From NCBI GenBank assembly GCA_029838195.1, contig JALGVJ010000001.1:160001-224000 (forward strand): a DNA stretch of 64,000 nt. Direction: 5' to 3'. The notes under the pieces were generated by a model. That model worked only from the letters and a program-made list of their open reading frames with translations, was not told the DNA's origin and searched no databases. How positions within the stretch are numbered: the first letter of the stretch is position 1; every line of letters starts with the position of its first letter. The stretch comes from Promethearchaeota archaeon (GTDB lineage Archaea; Asgardarchaeota; Lokiarchaeia; Sigyniarchaeales; SOKP01). Positions 51,922-61,876 of this stretch are shown here, piece by piece. Made by a program: the position numbers and the translations under genes.

Positions 51922-52818
51922 ATGGGGATAAAGGATATTGTAAAGCGCATTTTTGCCAAGAATAAAAAAGTAGTTATATGTGGACTCGATAATGCTGGAA
52001 AATCAACCTTAGTTTCGTTTTTACAAAATGGAACCTTTATAGAGCATGCGCCTACTCTAGGAAAAGAGCAGACGACCCTAGAAGTTCAAGGTGTTCGCAT
52101 GGATCTTATAGATTTAGGAGGCCAAAAAGATTTTCGCTCACTTTGGCTTGGAGAGATGAAAGATGCTGAATGTGTTTTGTTCATGATTGATGCCCATGAT
52201 GTAGAACGTTTTAAGGAGGCAAAGACGGAATTGTGGAAATTATCATCGATATTTGAAACAAAACCTTTGATAATACTGGCAAATAAATATGACCTTGAAC
52301 CTGTCGCAACGGTAAAGGAGATCATCAATGCCTTAGAACTGGATAAGATATCTTCTTTTCAAATCCTGCCTATTTCTTGTAAAACAGGATATGGAATTGT
52401 TAATGCATTTTCAAAAATTTATTATAAATTAACGGGAAAGCAGTTATCCAAAAAAGTTAGTCCAATGGCTTTGACCGTTTTCGATAAAGGCGGGGTTCCT
52501 TTAACCTCCACCTCTAAAGATGATATTTTAAAAGGCGGGTTATTTGCTGCTCTTACCACGTTTGTAAAAGAGTCTTTTAATTCCGAATTAAATCAGCTTA
52601 AGATTGGAGAGCACGTGATTCTTGTGAAGCGTTCCAAGCATTTAATGGGCTCAATCATTTTGAAAGAGGGAGATCATATTGATATTAAGGAAGCGGAAGT
52701 AGGTTTAAATGAATTATTAAGCCATCTAGAACACATGTGTCCGGAGCTTGAGGAGCAAAAATTAGACACGAGTAAGATTGAATATTTAGTGAAACAATAT
52801 TCGACGAATTTATTATAA
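51922..52818 (+). CDS. Arf-like small GTPase with N-terminal MG amphipathic helix and C-terminal longin domain
   Basis: MGIKDIVKRIFAK, GLDNAGKST, PTLG, DLGGQ..FRSLW, NKYD, SCKTG; C-terminal VFDKGGVPL...GGLFAALTTFVKE. Confidence 0.88.
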   Translation: MGIKDIVKRIFAKNKKVVICGLDNAGKSTLVSFLQNGTFIEHAPTLGKEQTTLEVQGVRMDLIDLGGQKDFRSLWLGEMKDAECVLFMIDAHDVERFKEAKTELWKLSSIFETKPLIILANKYDLEPVATVKEIINALELDKISSFQILPISCKTGYGIVNAFSKIYYKLTGKQLSKKVSPMALTVFDKGGVPLTSTSKDDILKGGLFAALTTFVKESFNSELNQLKIGEHVILVKRSKHLMGSIILKEGDHIDIKEAEVGLNELLSHLEHMCPELEEQKLDTSKIEYLVKQYSTNLL

Positions 52819-52869
52819 AAATTTTTTTTAACTTTATTTTTTCTCTTATTTACATCTTATCTCTTGTTT

Positions 52870-55266
52870 TTATTCGTGTTCCTTAAGTTTAAAATAAAGT
52901 TGACGATTTATTTTTAAGAATTCAAGTAAATTGATGGCACTTGCTCTTTCATAAAATTTACGTGCCTCATCGATATTTCCTTGGAGTTCATGGATCAGTC
53001 CAAGGGAAGTTAAAGCGTTCAAGTGGTGGGATTTTAAATTAATTACTTTTTCTAAATTTTCAATGGCTTTATTGAAGAGATCTTTAAATAGATAAGCCTG
53101 CGCAAGGTAATAATAGGCATCAGGGAAGGTATCATCAATTTTTATTAATTCGAGTGCTTGATTAATTACTTTCTCGAGGTCATCTTTCTTTAATAATTCT
53201 TGAATTGAGATGACTAAGTAATTTTTTAGTTCATCTTTAATTTTTAAAATCAAATTCTCTTTTAATTTTTCATTCTTGCTTATATTACTAAAAAACAAGG
53301 CCTTATTTAAGATGGCAAAAATCTCATCCCAATTTTTAGTATCATGTAATTTTTGAGATAGAAGAAAAATAGAATGTATTAATTCCTCAAGGAGATTATC
53401 TTTCTCTGCTTTATTCTCCATTTCCTCGATAATTTCATGAGATTTTTCGAGCAATTTTGATAAATTATCAATTTGATTAGCAGCAAGCATTATATTAAAA
53501 AGGTTCAAGAGATTTTTAAAAATATTCTTCAATACTTGTTCCTTATTCTCCTTGAGTTCAAAAGTTTGACTAATAGACAGGGCACGATCAATATTTTCGA
53601 GTGCTTTTTCATGAATTCCTTTCTTGAAATCTTGATTAAAATGTTCTAAAAGCATGTTTATTTTAGAGCCATGAATATCATCAATCAGATTTTTGATTTC
53701 TAGTAATTCTTGCGCTTTTAATTCAGGATCAGTGATATTTTCAGCAGAAGCTAATCTTTTCTTTAATTCTTCATGTTGTTCTGAGAATTCCTTTTCTATT
53801 AATAAATCCTCGCCTTTTGCTATAGTTTCTTTTAATTCCACGCGTTTCATTAATTTATTGATATTATCTATTTCCTCATCCATTTCTTTTGATAGATACA
53901 TTTTATTAGTAATACTGAGCGCATCTTTTAGAATTTTTTTTGCTTCGTTAAAAGATCCCTCGTTTGCTTTATTTCTTGCATTATCCATCAATTCATGTAT
54001 CTGAATGGAATAAATTTCATTAATGAATCGTTTAAGCTCTTGAATGGGTTGATTTTCATCTTCGGCACATGCTAAGTTCTTAGCGATGCTTAAAGCAGAA
54101 TATATCATTCCAATGGCTTCTTCGTATTTCCTTTCTTTTACGAGATGTTTGGCGGTTTCTTTTCGAGCATGAATTCCTTTCGTGCAAGTTTTTTCTAACA
54201 ATTCACTAATCTTGGCTACTTCTTGTTCCTTTTGTTTTGAATTTATCAGTGAATCTGCTATAGTTAAGGCTTTTTTAAGGAGGCTCATGGCATCAGTAAT
54301 TAGTTTTGTAGATTGTTCAAAATTTTCTTCCTGAATTAAAGCTATTGCTTGTTCAAATAAAGAATTTACTTCCTCTTTTAGGTAAGGATCTAAAATTGAG
54401 CTTAATTGCTCAACATGCTGGATTTTTTGGTCGGTTTCTTCCATGGTTTCAATGATTTCCCTTGCTTGCGTGAAAAAAGGGAGAGCATTTTCAAGATTCC
54501 CTTGTTTTAATAAGGATTCTCCTTCCTTAATTAGCGGTTCTACTTTAATTCCATGAATTTCATTTATTTTTTCTTTTAAATTTAAAGTTAAAGGTTCTAA
54601 AATTTCAGAATAAGGAGATTTTTTTAAAAAATTAAGCTTGTCGTGAAGCATGTTTAAAGATTTTTCTAATTCTTTTTGACCAATTAACGCATTTATCTCT
54701 ATTAAGCATTGGTCTACAAGGGAATGATATACTTGTTCCGTTATTTTTTGAATTTGCTCTTCCATCTTACTCTTGGTACTTGAAGAGGGTGCTTCGATTA
54801 CTTGTTTTTGCGCTTTTTTTAATTCACGCATGGCCTCTTCAATGTTATCTTGCTCCATGTATGCCGCAATGGATTCAATAGTATTATTAAACTCATTGAT
54901 CATGAGTATATTTTTAACATGAGCGGTGAGATTTCCTCTAATTTCAAGATTATCAATTTTTTCTGACACGCTCAAGGCTTCTTCTAAAAGTTTTTTAGCG
55001 TCTGCTGATTTTCTCTCCTCCATTAGTTCCTTAGCCTTTAAAATAATGGAATTTATCTTATCCGAATGAATGTTAGTTATTGCATTCTCTATTTTCTCTA
55101 ATTGCTCGTTAACCAGTTCTTCATCTTTAAAACCCGAAGAGATTAATTCCTTTGCTTCTTCGAATTTCAGAATTGCTGAATCAAAATCTTCTCGTGTCTT
55201 GAATTCATTAGCTTCTTTCATTAGTCCTTCGATTTTCTTTAAGAGAGAAGATCTTTTTTTAATCAT
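52870..55266 (-). CDS. Large alpha-solenoid protein with C-terminal TPRs
   Basis: Recurrent ~55-60 aa helical units; canonical TPRs AYYYLAQAY...AIENLEKVI, ALTSLGLIHE. Confidence 0.85.
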   Translation of the reverse strand: MIKKRSSLLKKIEGLMKEANEFKTREDFDSAILKFEEAKELISSGFKDEELVNEQLEKIENAITNIHSDKINSIILKAKELMEERKSADAKKLLEEALSVSEKIDNLEIRGNLTAHVKNILMINEFNNTIESIAAYMEQDNIEEAMRELKKAQKQVIEAPSSSTKSKMEEQIQKITEQVYHSLVDQCLIEINALIGQKELEKSLNMLHDKLNFLKKSPYSEILEPLTLNLKEKINEIHGIKVEPLIKEGESLLKQGNLENALPFFTQAREIIETMEETDQKIQHVEQLSSILDPYLKEEVNSLFEQAIALIQEENFEQSTKLITDAMSLLKKALTIADSLINSKQKEQEVAKISELLEKTCTKGIHARKETAKHLVKERKYEEAIGMIYSALSIAKNLACAEDENQPIQELKRFINEIYSIQIHELMDNARNKANEGSFNEAKKILKDALSITNKMYLSKEMDEEIDNINKLMKRVELKETIAKGEDLLIEKEFSEQHEELKKRLASAENITDPELKAQELLEIKNLIDDIHGSKINMLLEHFNQDFKKGIHEKALENIDRALSISQTFELKENKEQVLKNIFKNLLNLFNIMLAANQIDNLSKLLEKSHEIIEEMENKAEKDNLLEELIHSIFLLSQKLHDTKNWDEIFAILNKALFFSNISKNEKLKENLILKIKDELKNYLVISIQELLKKDDLEKVINQALELIKIDDTFPDAYYYLAQAYLFKDLFNKAIENLEKVINLKSHHLNALTSLGLIHELQGNIDEARKFYERASAINLLEFLKINRQLYFKLKEHE

Positions 55267-55565
55267 GAGCCCGTTCTAACCTCAGACAAGTTTATACTAA
55301 TTAAATAATAATTCCCTTTAAAAAATATTGCGACCCATGTTTTGATTAATAAAGATGAGCTCTTTTTAATTTTATTTACTTTACTGTAAAAATAACAAGC
55401 TTTATTATTAAATAGATTTTCGAGAAATCATGTTAACGCAATGCTAATTAAGGTAAAAAAGTGAATTTTTAAGATTCTTCCGTGAATAATAGATTTTAAA
55501 ACGAGTGAATGATTAAATAGAATATTTATAGAAGTGAGATATAAAATTTTAAATAGGAAATAAAC

Positions 55566-57179
55566 ATGGCAAGTAAAAAATTATTTCATGGCGGAACCAT
55601 TCTTACCATGAATGATGATTTACCAAGAGTTGAAGCCGTGGGAACAATCGATGAAAAAATTGTTGCAGTCGGAACACTTGAACAAGTCAAGAAAATATTG
55701 GGGGAAGATCATGAATTAATTAATTTAAACGGGGGGAGCCTCCTTCCCGGATTTATCGATTGCCACGTTCATCCTGTTGGCTCTCTCTTTTATTATATTT
55801 ATCCCGAGCTTTCCGAAGTAAAAAGTATTGAAGAAGTAAAGGAAATCCTCAAAAAACATGCTAAAGATAAAAATAATGAGGATTTAATTTTAGGCTTAAA
55901 TTTCAATGAACAAAATTTTGATGAATCTAAATTACCTACTCGTTGGGATCTTGATGATGCTATTCCTGAAAAGCCGTGTGCAATTTTAAGAACAGACGGG
56001 CATCTAATTGTAGCTAATTCAAAAGCTTTAGAATGGGCGGGAATTACAACAGAGACAATCCCTCCGGAAGGGGGAGAAATTCAAAAAGATGATACCGGTA
56101 ATTTAACAGGAATTTTAACGGAAAATGCAACTAATCTCATCATGAACAAATTAACACCTCCAGATGCCGATACAATTAATGAAGCTACGTTAAAATTTTC
56201 CCAAGATCTGGCAAAAAAAGGAATTACTTCGATTCACGGAGTGATTGAATTGGATACGAAAGGCGGTGTAGAAAATTTAGGTGGCGTATCGATTCCCATC
56301 ATGAAATTAATAAAATCCCAATTCTTACAAAATTGCTACTTCCTTGTATATACCCAAACTCCGAAAAAACTTAAGAGAATAAAAAAGCCACCCTTGCATG
56401 AGGACATGGAAGATGGAAAATATAAAATTGGAGGATTAAAATCTTGGTTTGATGGTACATTCGGCTCATCTTCAGCTTTAATGTTCGAAAATTTCGCAGA
56501 TCAGCCGGAGAAAAATGGATTCTTGGTCATCAATGAAAATGTTTTATATGAGCGCATGAAAGCTGCCCACGAGCTTGGATATCAAATTGCAATTCACGCC
56601 ATTGGAGATAAGGCTAATCGCATGATCGTGAACATGTATGAGAAAATTTTGAATGAGTCCCCCCGACCAGATCATCGTCATAGAATAGAACATGCATCCA
56701 TGCTTACTGAGGATGTGATTAACGACATGAAAAAATTAGGTCTAATCGCCAGTTGCCAACCCTCCTTCCTTAATTCTGAATATACATGGTTGGAAAAACG
56801 GCTTGGTAAACAGAGGTGTAAACATGTTTATCCTTATAAATCTCTAATCTCAGCAGGAGTGCTCGTAGCTGCGGGCTCTGATTGTCCCGTTGAAGACCCT
56901 AACCCAATTTTAGGACTACATGCATTAGTAACACGCAATGGATTTATTCCAGAAGAGTGCATTCCTATCGAGGAAGCCCTAAAGTTTTATACGGTTAACG
57001 CGGCCATGGCGAGTTTTCAAGAGCACGTGCGAGGTTCAATTGAAATTGGTAAAATGGCAGATCTCGTCATTCTTGATAAAAATCCATTAAAAGTTCCTCC
57101 AAATGAAATAAAGAACTTGCGTGTTCTTTCCACATTCATTAGAGGCAAGAGAGTATATAAAGCCGATGCGGATTCATGA
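55566..57179 (+). CDS. Amidohydrolase family 3 (YtcJ-like), copy 1
   Basis: PGFIDCHVH, HAIGD, RHRIEH, GSDCP, GSIE.GK.ADLV. Confidence 0.93.
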   Translation: MASKKLFHGGTILTMNDDLPRVEAVGTIDEKIVAVGTLEQVKKILGEDHELINLNGGSLLPGFIDCHVHPVGSLFYYIYPELSEVKSIEEVKEILKKHAKDKNNEDLILGLNFNEQNFDESKLPTRWDLDDAIPEKPCAILRTDGHLIVANSKALEWAGITTETIPPEGGEIQKDDTGNLTGILTENATNLIMNKLTPPDADTINEATLKFSQDLAKKGITSIHGVIELDTKGGVENLGGVSIPIMKLIKSQFLQNCYFLVYTQTPKKLKRIKKPPLHEDMEDGKYKIGGLKSWFDGTFGSSSALMFENFADQPEKNGFLVINENVLYERMKAAHELGYQIAIHAIGDKANRMIVNMYEKILNESPRPDHRHRIEHASMLTEDVINDMKKLGLIASCQPSFLNSEYTWLEKRLGKQRCKHVYPYKSLISAGVLVAAGSDCPVEDPNPILGLHALVTRNGFIPEECIPIEEALKFYTVNAAMASFQEHVRGSIEIGKMADLVILDKNPLKVPPNEIKNLRVLSTFIRGKRVYKADADS

Positions 57180-57274
57180 ATTTAATATTGCATTACTTCA
57201 AATTTAATAAGTAAATATGTTATGTATTTTCATTCTAAATATATTTTAAAATTAAAATACCAAGAGCATGATAA

Positions 57275-58897
57275 ATGTCTGAAAAGAAAATTTTTCACGG
57301 AGGCCCCATTCTCACCATGAATGATTCCATTCCAATGGTTGAATGCGTGGGGATTGAGGGAGAAAAGATTGTTGCCGTAGGAAAACTTTCGGATGTAAAA
57401 GCTAAAATGGGAGCAAGTGCTAAAATCATTGATTTAAAAGGTAATATAATGGTACCAGGATTTCATGATTGTCATTGCCATCCTATAGGATACATTTTTT
57501 TCCAAATTGTTCTTAATTTACGGGGACTTACGAGTTATGAGAAGTTTTTAACACGTTTGATAGAAGCATGCAAAACAAGAAAGCCGGGTGAATGGATATT
57601 TGGAGTTGCATATGATGAGTTAAAATTTGAAAATCCAGAGGATAGAAAATTACCTAATCGATGGGATCTTGATAAGGCATGCCCAAATAATCCTGTTTTC
57701 ATTTTGCGTTTTGATGGGCATGTTGGAATAGCTAATAGCTTAGCTCTACAAGAAGCAGGGATTGATGAGTCATCAGAACCGCCAGAAGGAAGTGAATATC
57801 GGAAAAACGAAAAAGGAGAATTAACCGGAGTGGTCACGGAACAAGCGGCGAGAATGTTTTTAGGTAAATATGCCATTCCAAGCATGAAACAAGTAAAAGA
57901 AGCGGCCCTTAAAGCTTTTAATGATTTAGCTGCAAGAGGAATTACATCACTTCATGGCATTCTTAGTTTAAGTAGAGGGGGTGAATTTGAAGATATTGGA
58001 GCCATTGAAATTCCGATAATGAAAGCTGTTCAAGATCAAATCCTCCAAAACATGTATGCCATGATTTATTCTAAATCACCAAAAAAGATTAAAAAAATTA
58101 AAAAACCACCGTTGCATGGAGGAGAAAAAGAGAGTCAATTTAAAATAGGCGCTGTAAAATTATTTATTGATGGTTCCTTGGGAGCAAGTACGGCATGGAT
58201 GTTAGAACCGTATACTGACAATCCAACTTCTAATGGATTATGTGTACATGATGATATAGAGGAGCTTTATAAAGAAATGAAAGAAGCACATGAATTAGGA
58301 TATCAATTAGCAATTCATGCAATTGGAGATAAAGGAAATAGAGTCGTGGTTGATTTATATAAAAGATTGCTCCAAGAATCGCCCAAAAAGGACCATCGCC
58401 ATCGAATTGAGCACGTTTCCGTTATAACTCCAGACACAATTAAAGATATGAAAGAACTGGGTTTGATCGCTTCAATTCAGCCTCCTTTTATCACTACGGA
58501 TGCACCGTTAATAAAATACCGTCTTGGTGAAAAAAGAGCCAAATTCACTTATCCTTTTAAATCTCTTGTAGATGCGGGTATTCTTATTGCTTCCGGGTCT
58601 GATATGCCCGTAGAAATACCCGATCCGATATTTGGACTCTATGCGCTTTGCACGAGGGGAGGCTTCGTGCCAGAACAATGCATCTCCATTCATGATGCTT
58701 TAAAATCATATACGATTAATGCTGCTTTTGCTGCATTTGAAGAAGATATAAAAGGAAGCATTGAAGAGGGAAAGTTAGCAGATTTGGTTATTTTAGATAA
58801 AAATCCTATCGAAGTAGCTCGAAAAAATCCAGAAGATTTAAAAGATATTAAGATAGTAGAGACGATTATTCGAGGAAAAAGTGTTTATAAAAGGTGA
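57275..58897 (+). CDS. Amidohydrolase family 3 (YtcJ-like), copy 2
   Basis: PGFHDCHCH, HAIGD, RHRIEH, GSDMP; tandem paralog. Confidence 0.93.
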   Translation: MSEKKIFHGGPILTMNDSIPMVECVGIEGEKIVAVGKLSDVKAKMGASAKIIDLKGNIMVPGFHDCHCHPIGYIFFQIVLNLRGLTSYEKFLTRLIEACKTRKPGEWIFGVAYDELKFENPEDRKLPNRWDLDKACPNNPVFILRFDGHVGIANSLALQEAGIDESSEPPEGSEYRKNEKGELTGVVTEQAARMFLGKYAIPSMKQVKEAALKAFNDLAARGITSLHGILSLSRGGEFEDIGAIEIPIMKAVQDQILQNMYAMIYSKSPKKIKKIKKPPLHGGEKESQFKIGAVKLFIDGSLGASTAWMLEPYTDNPTSNGLCVHDDIEELYKEMKEAHELGYQLAIHAIGDKGNRVVVDLYKRLLQESPKKDHRHRIEHVSVITPDTIKDMKELGLIASIQPPFITTDAPLIKYRLGEKRAKFTYPFKSLVDAGILIASGSDMPVEIPDPIFGLYALCTRGGFVPEQCISIHDALKSYTINAAFAAFEEDIKGSIEEGKLADLVILDKNPIEVARKNPEDLKDIKIVETIIRGKSVYKR

Positions 58898-58968
58898 TTA
58901 GCGTTCTCGTACCCGTGGATGTGTTTAAATAGTAGAGACGATTATTCGAGGAAAAAGTGTTTATAAAA
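58853..58968 (+). repeat. Exact 40-bp direct repeat (58853-58892 and 58929-58968) with 36-bp spacer
   Basis: ATAGTAGAGACGATTATTCGAGGAAAAAGTGTTTATAAAA occurs twice; first copy is the 3' end of the amidohydrolase gene. Confidence 0.95.
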
Positions 58969-59017
58969 AGTAAATCAATTTTTTTATTAAACCTATATTT
59001 CTTCATTTCTTTAAAAA

Positions 59018-59827
59018 ATGAGCAAGCAAAAAGGTCGCTATAAAATAATTCAAGAGAAAGAGTATTTATACATCATTCAAGAAAGCATTAGCGATATCCA
59101 TCCCGTTTATAAAAATAGTCCTTTGAACTTATATTTATTAATTGGCACGTATAAGGCCCTTCTCATTGATACGGGCTGTAGAATCGAACCTTTAAAGCCA
59201 ATAATAGAAGAAATAATTAACGAAAAGGCTCTTATCGTCGTTAATTCTCATTTTCATTGGGATCATGTTTTGGGAAATGGGGATTTTAATGAAGTATATA
59301 TTCACGAAAAAGAAGCAAGTTATATTTCAAGGCCTTATAATATCTCTTTTTTAAAAACATCTCCCCTCGAAACGATTAAAGCATATGAACAGCATGATTT
59401 CATGATTCCTCCTGCAAGGACGATAAAAACATTAACGGACGGAGATAGAATTGAATTAGGCGGCTTAGAGGTTATTATCTTACATGCGCCTGGACATTCT
59501 CCTGGCTCTATTTGTTTTCTTTCTGATAAAAACGAGCTTTTCACGGGAGATGTTGCGTATTATGGAGAACAATTTTTACCTTCTCCGGCAAATTTTCCTA
59601 TCGTATTGAGAAGCTTGGAAAAGTTAATTACCGTTTGTAAGGAAAAGAAATCCATTAAATTATATCCTTCTCATGGAATCACGCCCTGTGATATCACTCT
59701 TTTAATTAAACTTCATGCGGGTATAAAAAACATTAAAAATATCTGGAATTCAAGGAAATTACATTATTTTTTTTCTGCTCATGAGGTTAAAGATGATACC
59801 TTTACCTATTATGTTTCACTTTTTTAA
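59018..59827 (+). CDS. Metallo-beta-lactamase-fold hydrolase
   Basis: LIDTG, SHFHWDH, PGHSPGS, FTGD, PSHG. Confidence 0.93.
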   Translation: MSKQKGRYKIIQEKEYLYIIQESISDIHPVYKNSPLNLYLLIGTYKALLIDTGCRIEPLKPIIEEIINEKALIVVNSHFHWDHVLGNGDFNEVYIHEKEASYISRPYNISFLKTSPLETIKAYEQHDFMIPPARTIKTLTDGDRIELGGLEVIILHAPGHSPGSICFLSDKNELFTGDVAYYGEQFLPSPANFPIVLRSLEKLITVCKEKKSIKLYPSHGITPCDITLLIKLHAGIKNIKNIWNSRKLHYFFSAHEVKDDTFTYYVSLF

Positions 59828-59830
59828 ATG

Positions 59831-60970
59831 TTAATCCGTAAAATAGAGATGTTCATCAAATCCCGTGGCTCTGATGAGGTCTTGTCCTAATTTTTGAAGG
59901 GCTTTTTTAGAAGGATTTAACAAAATTTTATTCGAAATATTCACTACTTTTTCTAATTTAGAATCGGAAAAATCTTTAATGATATTGTCATAACGGGAAA
60001 ATTCAATTCCTGCCGTATAAACTCCCGTACTTCCGGGCCTTGCAGAAGAAGAAACTTGCCAATGTTCCACTTTTAATTCGATTTTAGAGAGCAAGAAGCT
60101 ATTGGTAAACCAATCTAATAATAGCGTTAATCTTCGTGAATTTCTTTTGTTATCTCCGAGCATTTTCAGAGCCCTATTCAACCGATCGGGATGCATTTGT
60201 TGAAACACTTTTTCTTGATTTTCACTCATTCGGTCTTTAACAATTCTTTTAATTTTTTCGAGGATCTCTTCTACTTGCTTCCGTCTTTGTTCTCCAATCT
60301 CTTGTTGGATAGATTCAACATGATGGCTTATTATCTCATTCTTCTTTTTTTCATCTATCATTTCTTTTTCTTCAGCTCCCCCCTCTCGTTGCTGGAGTTC
60401 TGGTGGGAGGCTTATTATTTCTTTTGGGGGCAAACAAAATATTGAATCAATTTTCTCCGGATTCTTCTTGATATCATCGATTTTATTTTTAATTTCCTCC
60501 TCCGAATATCCCATTTCCTTTAGATAAAATTCTGCGGAAGCTAATTGATTTTCTAAAGCTTCGTACGAGCTATAAGTTTGCCCTCCAAATTCTTTTTGTA
60601 ATTGTTCATCTCCTAAAAGACTGATCTTATTTTCGGTAAGCTCTTCTTCTGATAATTGCTCTAATTTGCTTAAAACGTATCTGGTCTGATTTTCCGTAAA
60701 ATAACTCAGAGTTCCCGTTGGACCTGTTAATTGCGATAATTTTTCTAATTTTGGAATTATACTTTTAAGGCTTTCAGCCCCACCTTCGGATACTTTTTTT
60801 AAAAAATGTTTCAATATTTCTTTATTAAAGCCCGCAGCAATTTTCAAGGTTGATTCCTCAAGTGCATCCAATAATGGCCTTATTTTGTCTTCATGGAATT
60901 CCGGAATATCATTTAAACCATATATAGAGATGTTTTCCAAGATAAATGCAATATAATCTCTTTTTTCCAT
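59831..60970 (-). CDS. Hypothetical charged helical protein
   Basis: 379-aa ORF with GGAG upstream; no motif recognised. Confidence 0.7.
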   Translation of the reverse strand: MEKRDYIAFILENISIYGLNDIPEFHEDKIRPLLDALEESTLKIAAGFNKEILKHFLKKVSEGGAESLKSIIPKLEKLSQLTGPTGTLSYFTENQTRYVLSKLEQLSEEELTENKISLLGDEQLQKEFGGQTYSSYEALENQLASAEFYLKEMGYSEEEIKNKIDDIKKNPEKIDSIFCLPPKEIISLPPELQQREGGAEEKEMIDEKKKNEIISHHVESIQQEIGEQRRKQVEEILEKIKRIVKDRMSENQEKVFQQMHPDRLNRALKMLGDNKRNSRRLTLLLDWFTNSFLLSKIELKVEHWQVSSSARPGSTGVYTAGIEFSRYDNIIKDFSDSKLEKVVNISNKILLNPSKKALQKLGQDLIRATGFDEHLYFTD

Positions 60971-61067
60971 TTTAATCTCCTAATAAGCGAATCAATTAAA
61001 CTTGAAAGTATTAAGATATTAAGACATTTTTTTAATAACAAATGAAAGATTTAACTTTTATTTTTTT

Positions 61068-61550
61068 TCACATGATTTTTTTTACAATACGTCTCGCAAA
61101 TTCCATTTGTTCTCTTGTTTCTAAACTACAAGGCCTTTTTTTTTTAATCCATTTCACGGGATCCATGTTTTTTGGAATATAATTATTCTTTGCAGCCCAT
61201 GCCACGATCATTTGTCCTGTTCGTCCACAACCCGCAACACAATGAGTCACGATAGCTTCTTTCCTTTTTCCATGATAGTCAGTAATCTTTAGAAATCGTT
61301 CAATTTGCTCCTCTGTAGGAATCCCATAATCCGGAATCCTTATATGATAATAGGAATAATTGGAAGGAATATTTCTTTTATTATCGAATTCCGAGCAATT
61401 AATTATTACCTTTATATTTTCTCTCTCGTAAATTTTTAACACCATGTTATCCGGCCACCAACTCGCCGCCATTTTATTTTTAACGATCCAATCGAAAGGA
61501 TTTGCTTTTTCTGGCATCCCGCCGATTGGCCAATACCAAGGTCGATCCAT
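61068..61550 (-). CDS. Dual-specificity/Tyr protein phosphatase (Cdc14/DUSP23-like)
   Basis: IPDYGIP, HCVAGCGRTG (CX5R), RPCSLETREQ. Confidence 0.92.
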   Translation of the reverse strand: MDRPWYWPIGGMPEKANPFDWIVKNKMAASWWPDNMVLKIYERENIKVIINCSEFDNKRNIPSNYSYYHIRIPDYGIPTEEQIERFLKITDYHGKRKEAIVTHCVAGCGRTGQMIVAWAAKNNYIPKNMDPVKWIKKKRPCSLETREQMEFARRIVKKIM

Positions 61551-61876
61551 TTTTAATCCTTAATCCTTCCTTTATTAAATTCCAAACTCTCATGCATTTC
61601 AACGATCAATAATATCTAACTTTTATTATTTTTCTACGAAGAATAATTAAATCAATGACAAAAGCAGGGAATAGGAAATCCCCTTAGATTTTTTATCCTT
61701 GATAAGTAATTTTAACATCGTGCCCTCTTTATCAGCATTTCATTAAATATAAATTGCCTTTCCTTGCAAAATTCACAATTCTTTATTTATCTAAAATCTT
61801 TTATAACTTGAGTATTACTTCAACCATATAATTTAAATTCCCGAATATTTATTTACTCATTTTCTTGGGAGCATTC

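Noticed and set aside
58853-58968. Mini-CRISPR (40-bp repeat, 36-bp spacer)
   Set aside because: Only two copies, repeat is coding sequence, not palindromic, no cas genes or leader; the spacer's faint likeness to type I-E repeats (CCCGTGG..GTGTTT) is too short to trust
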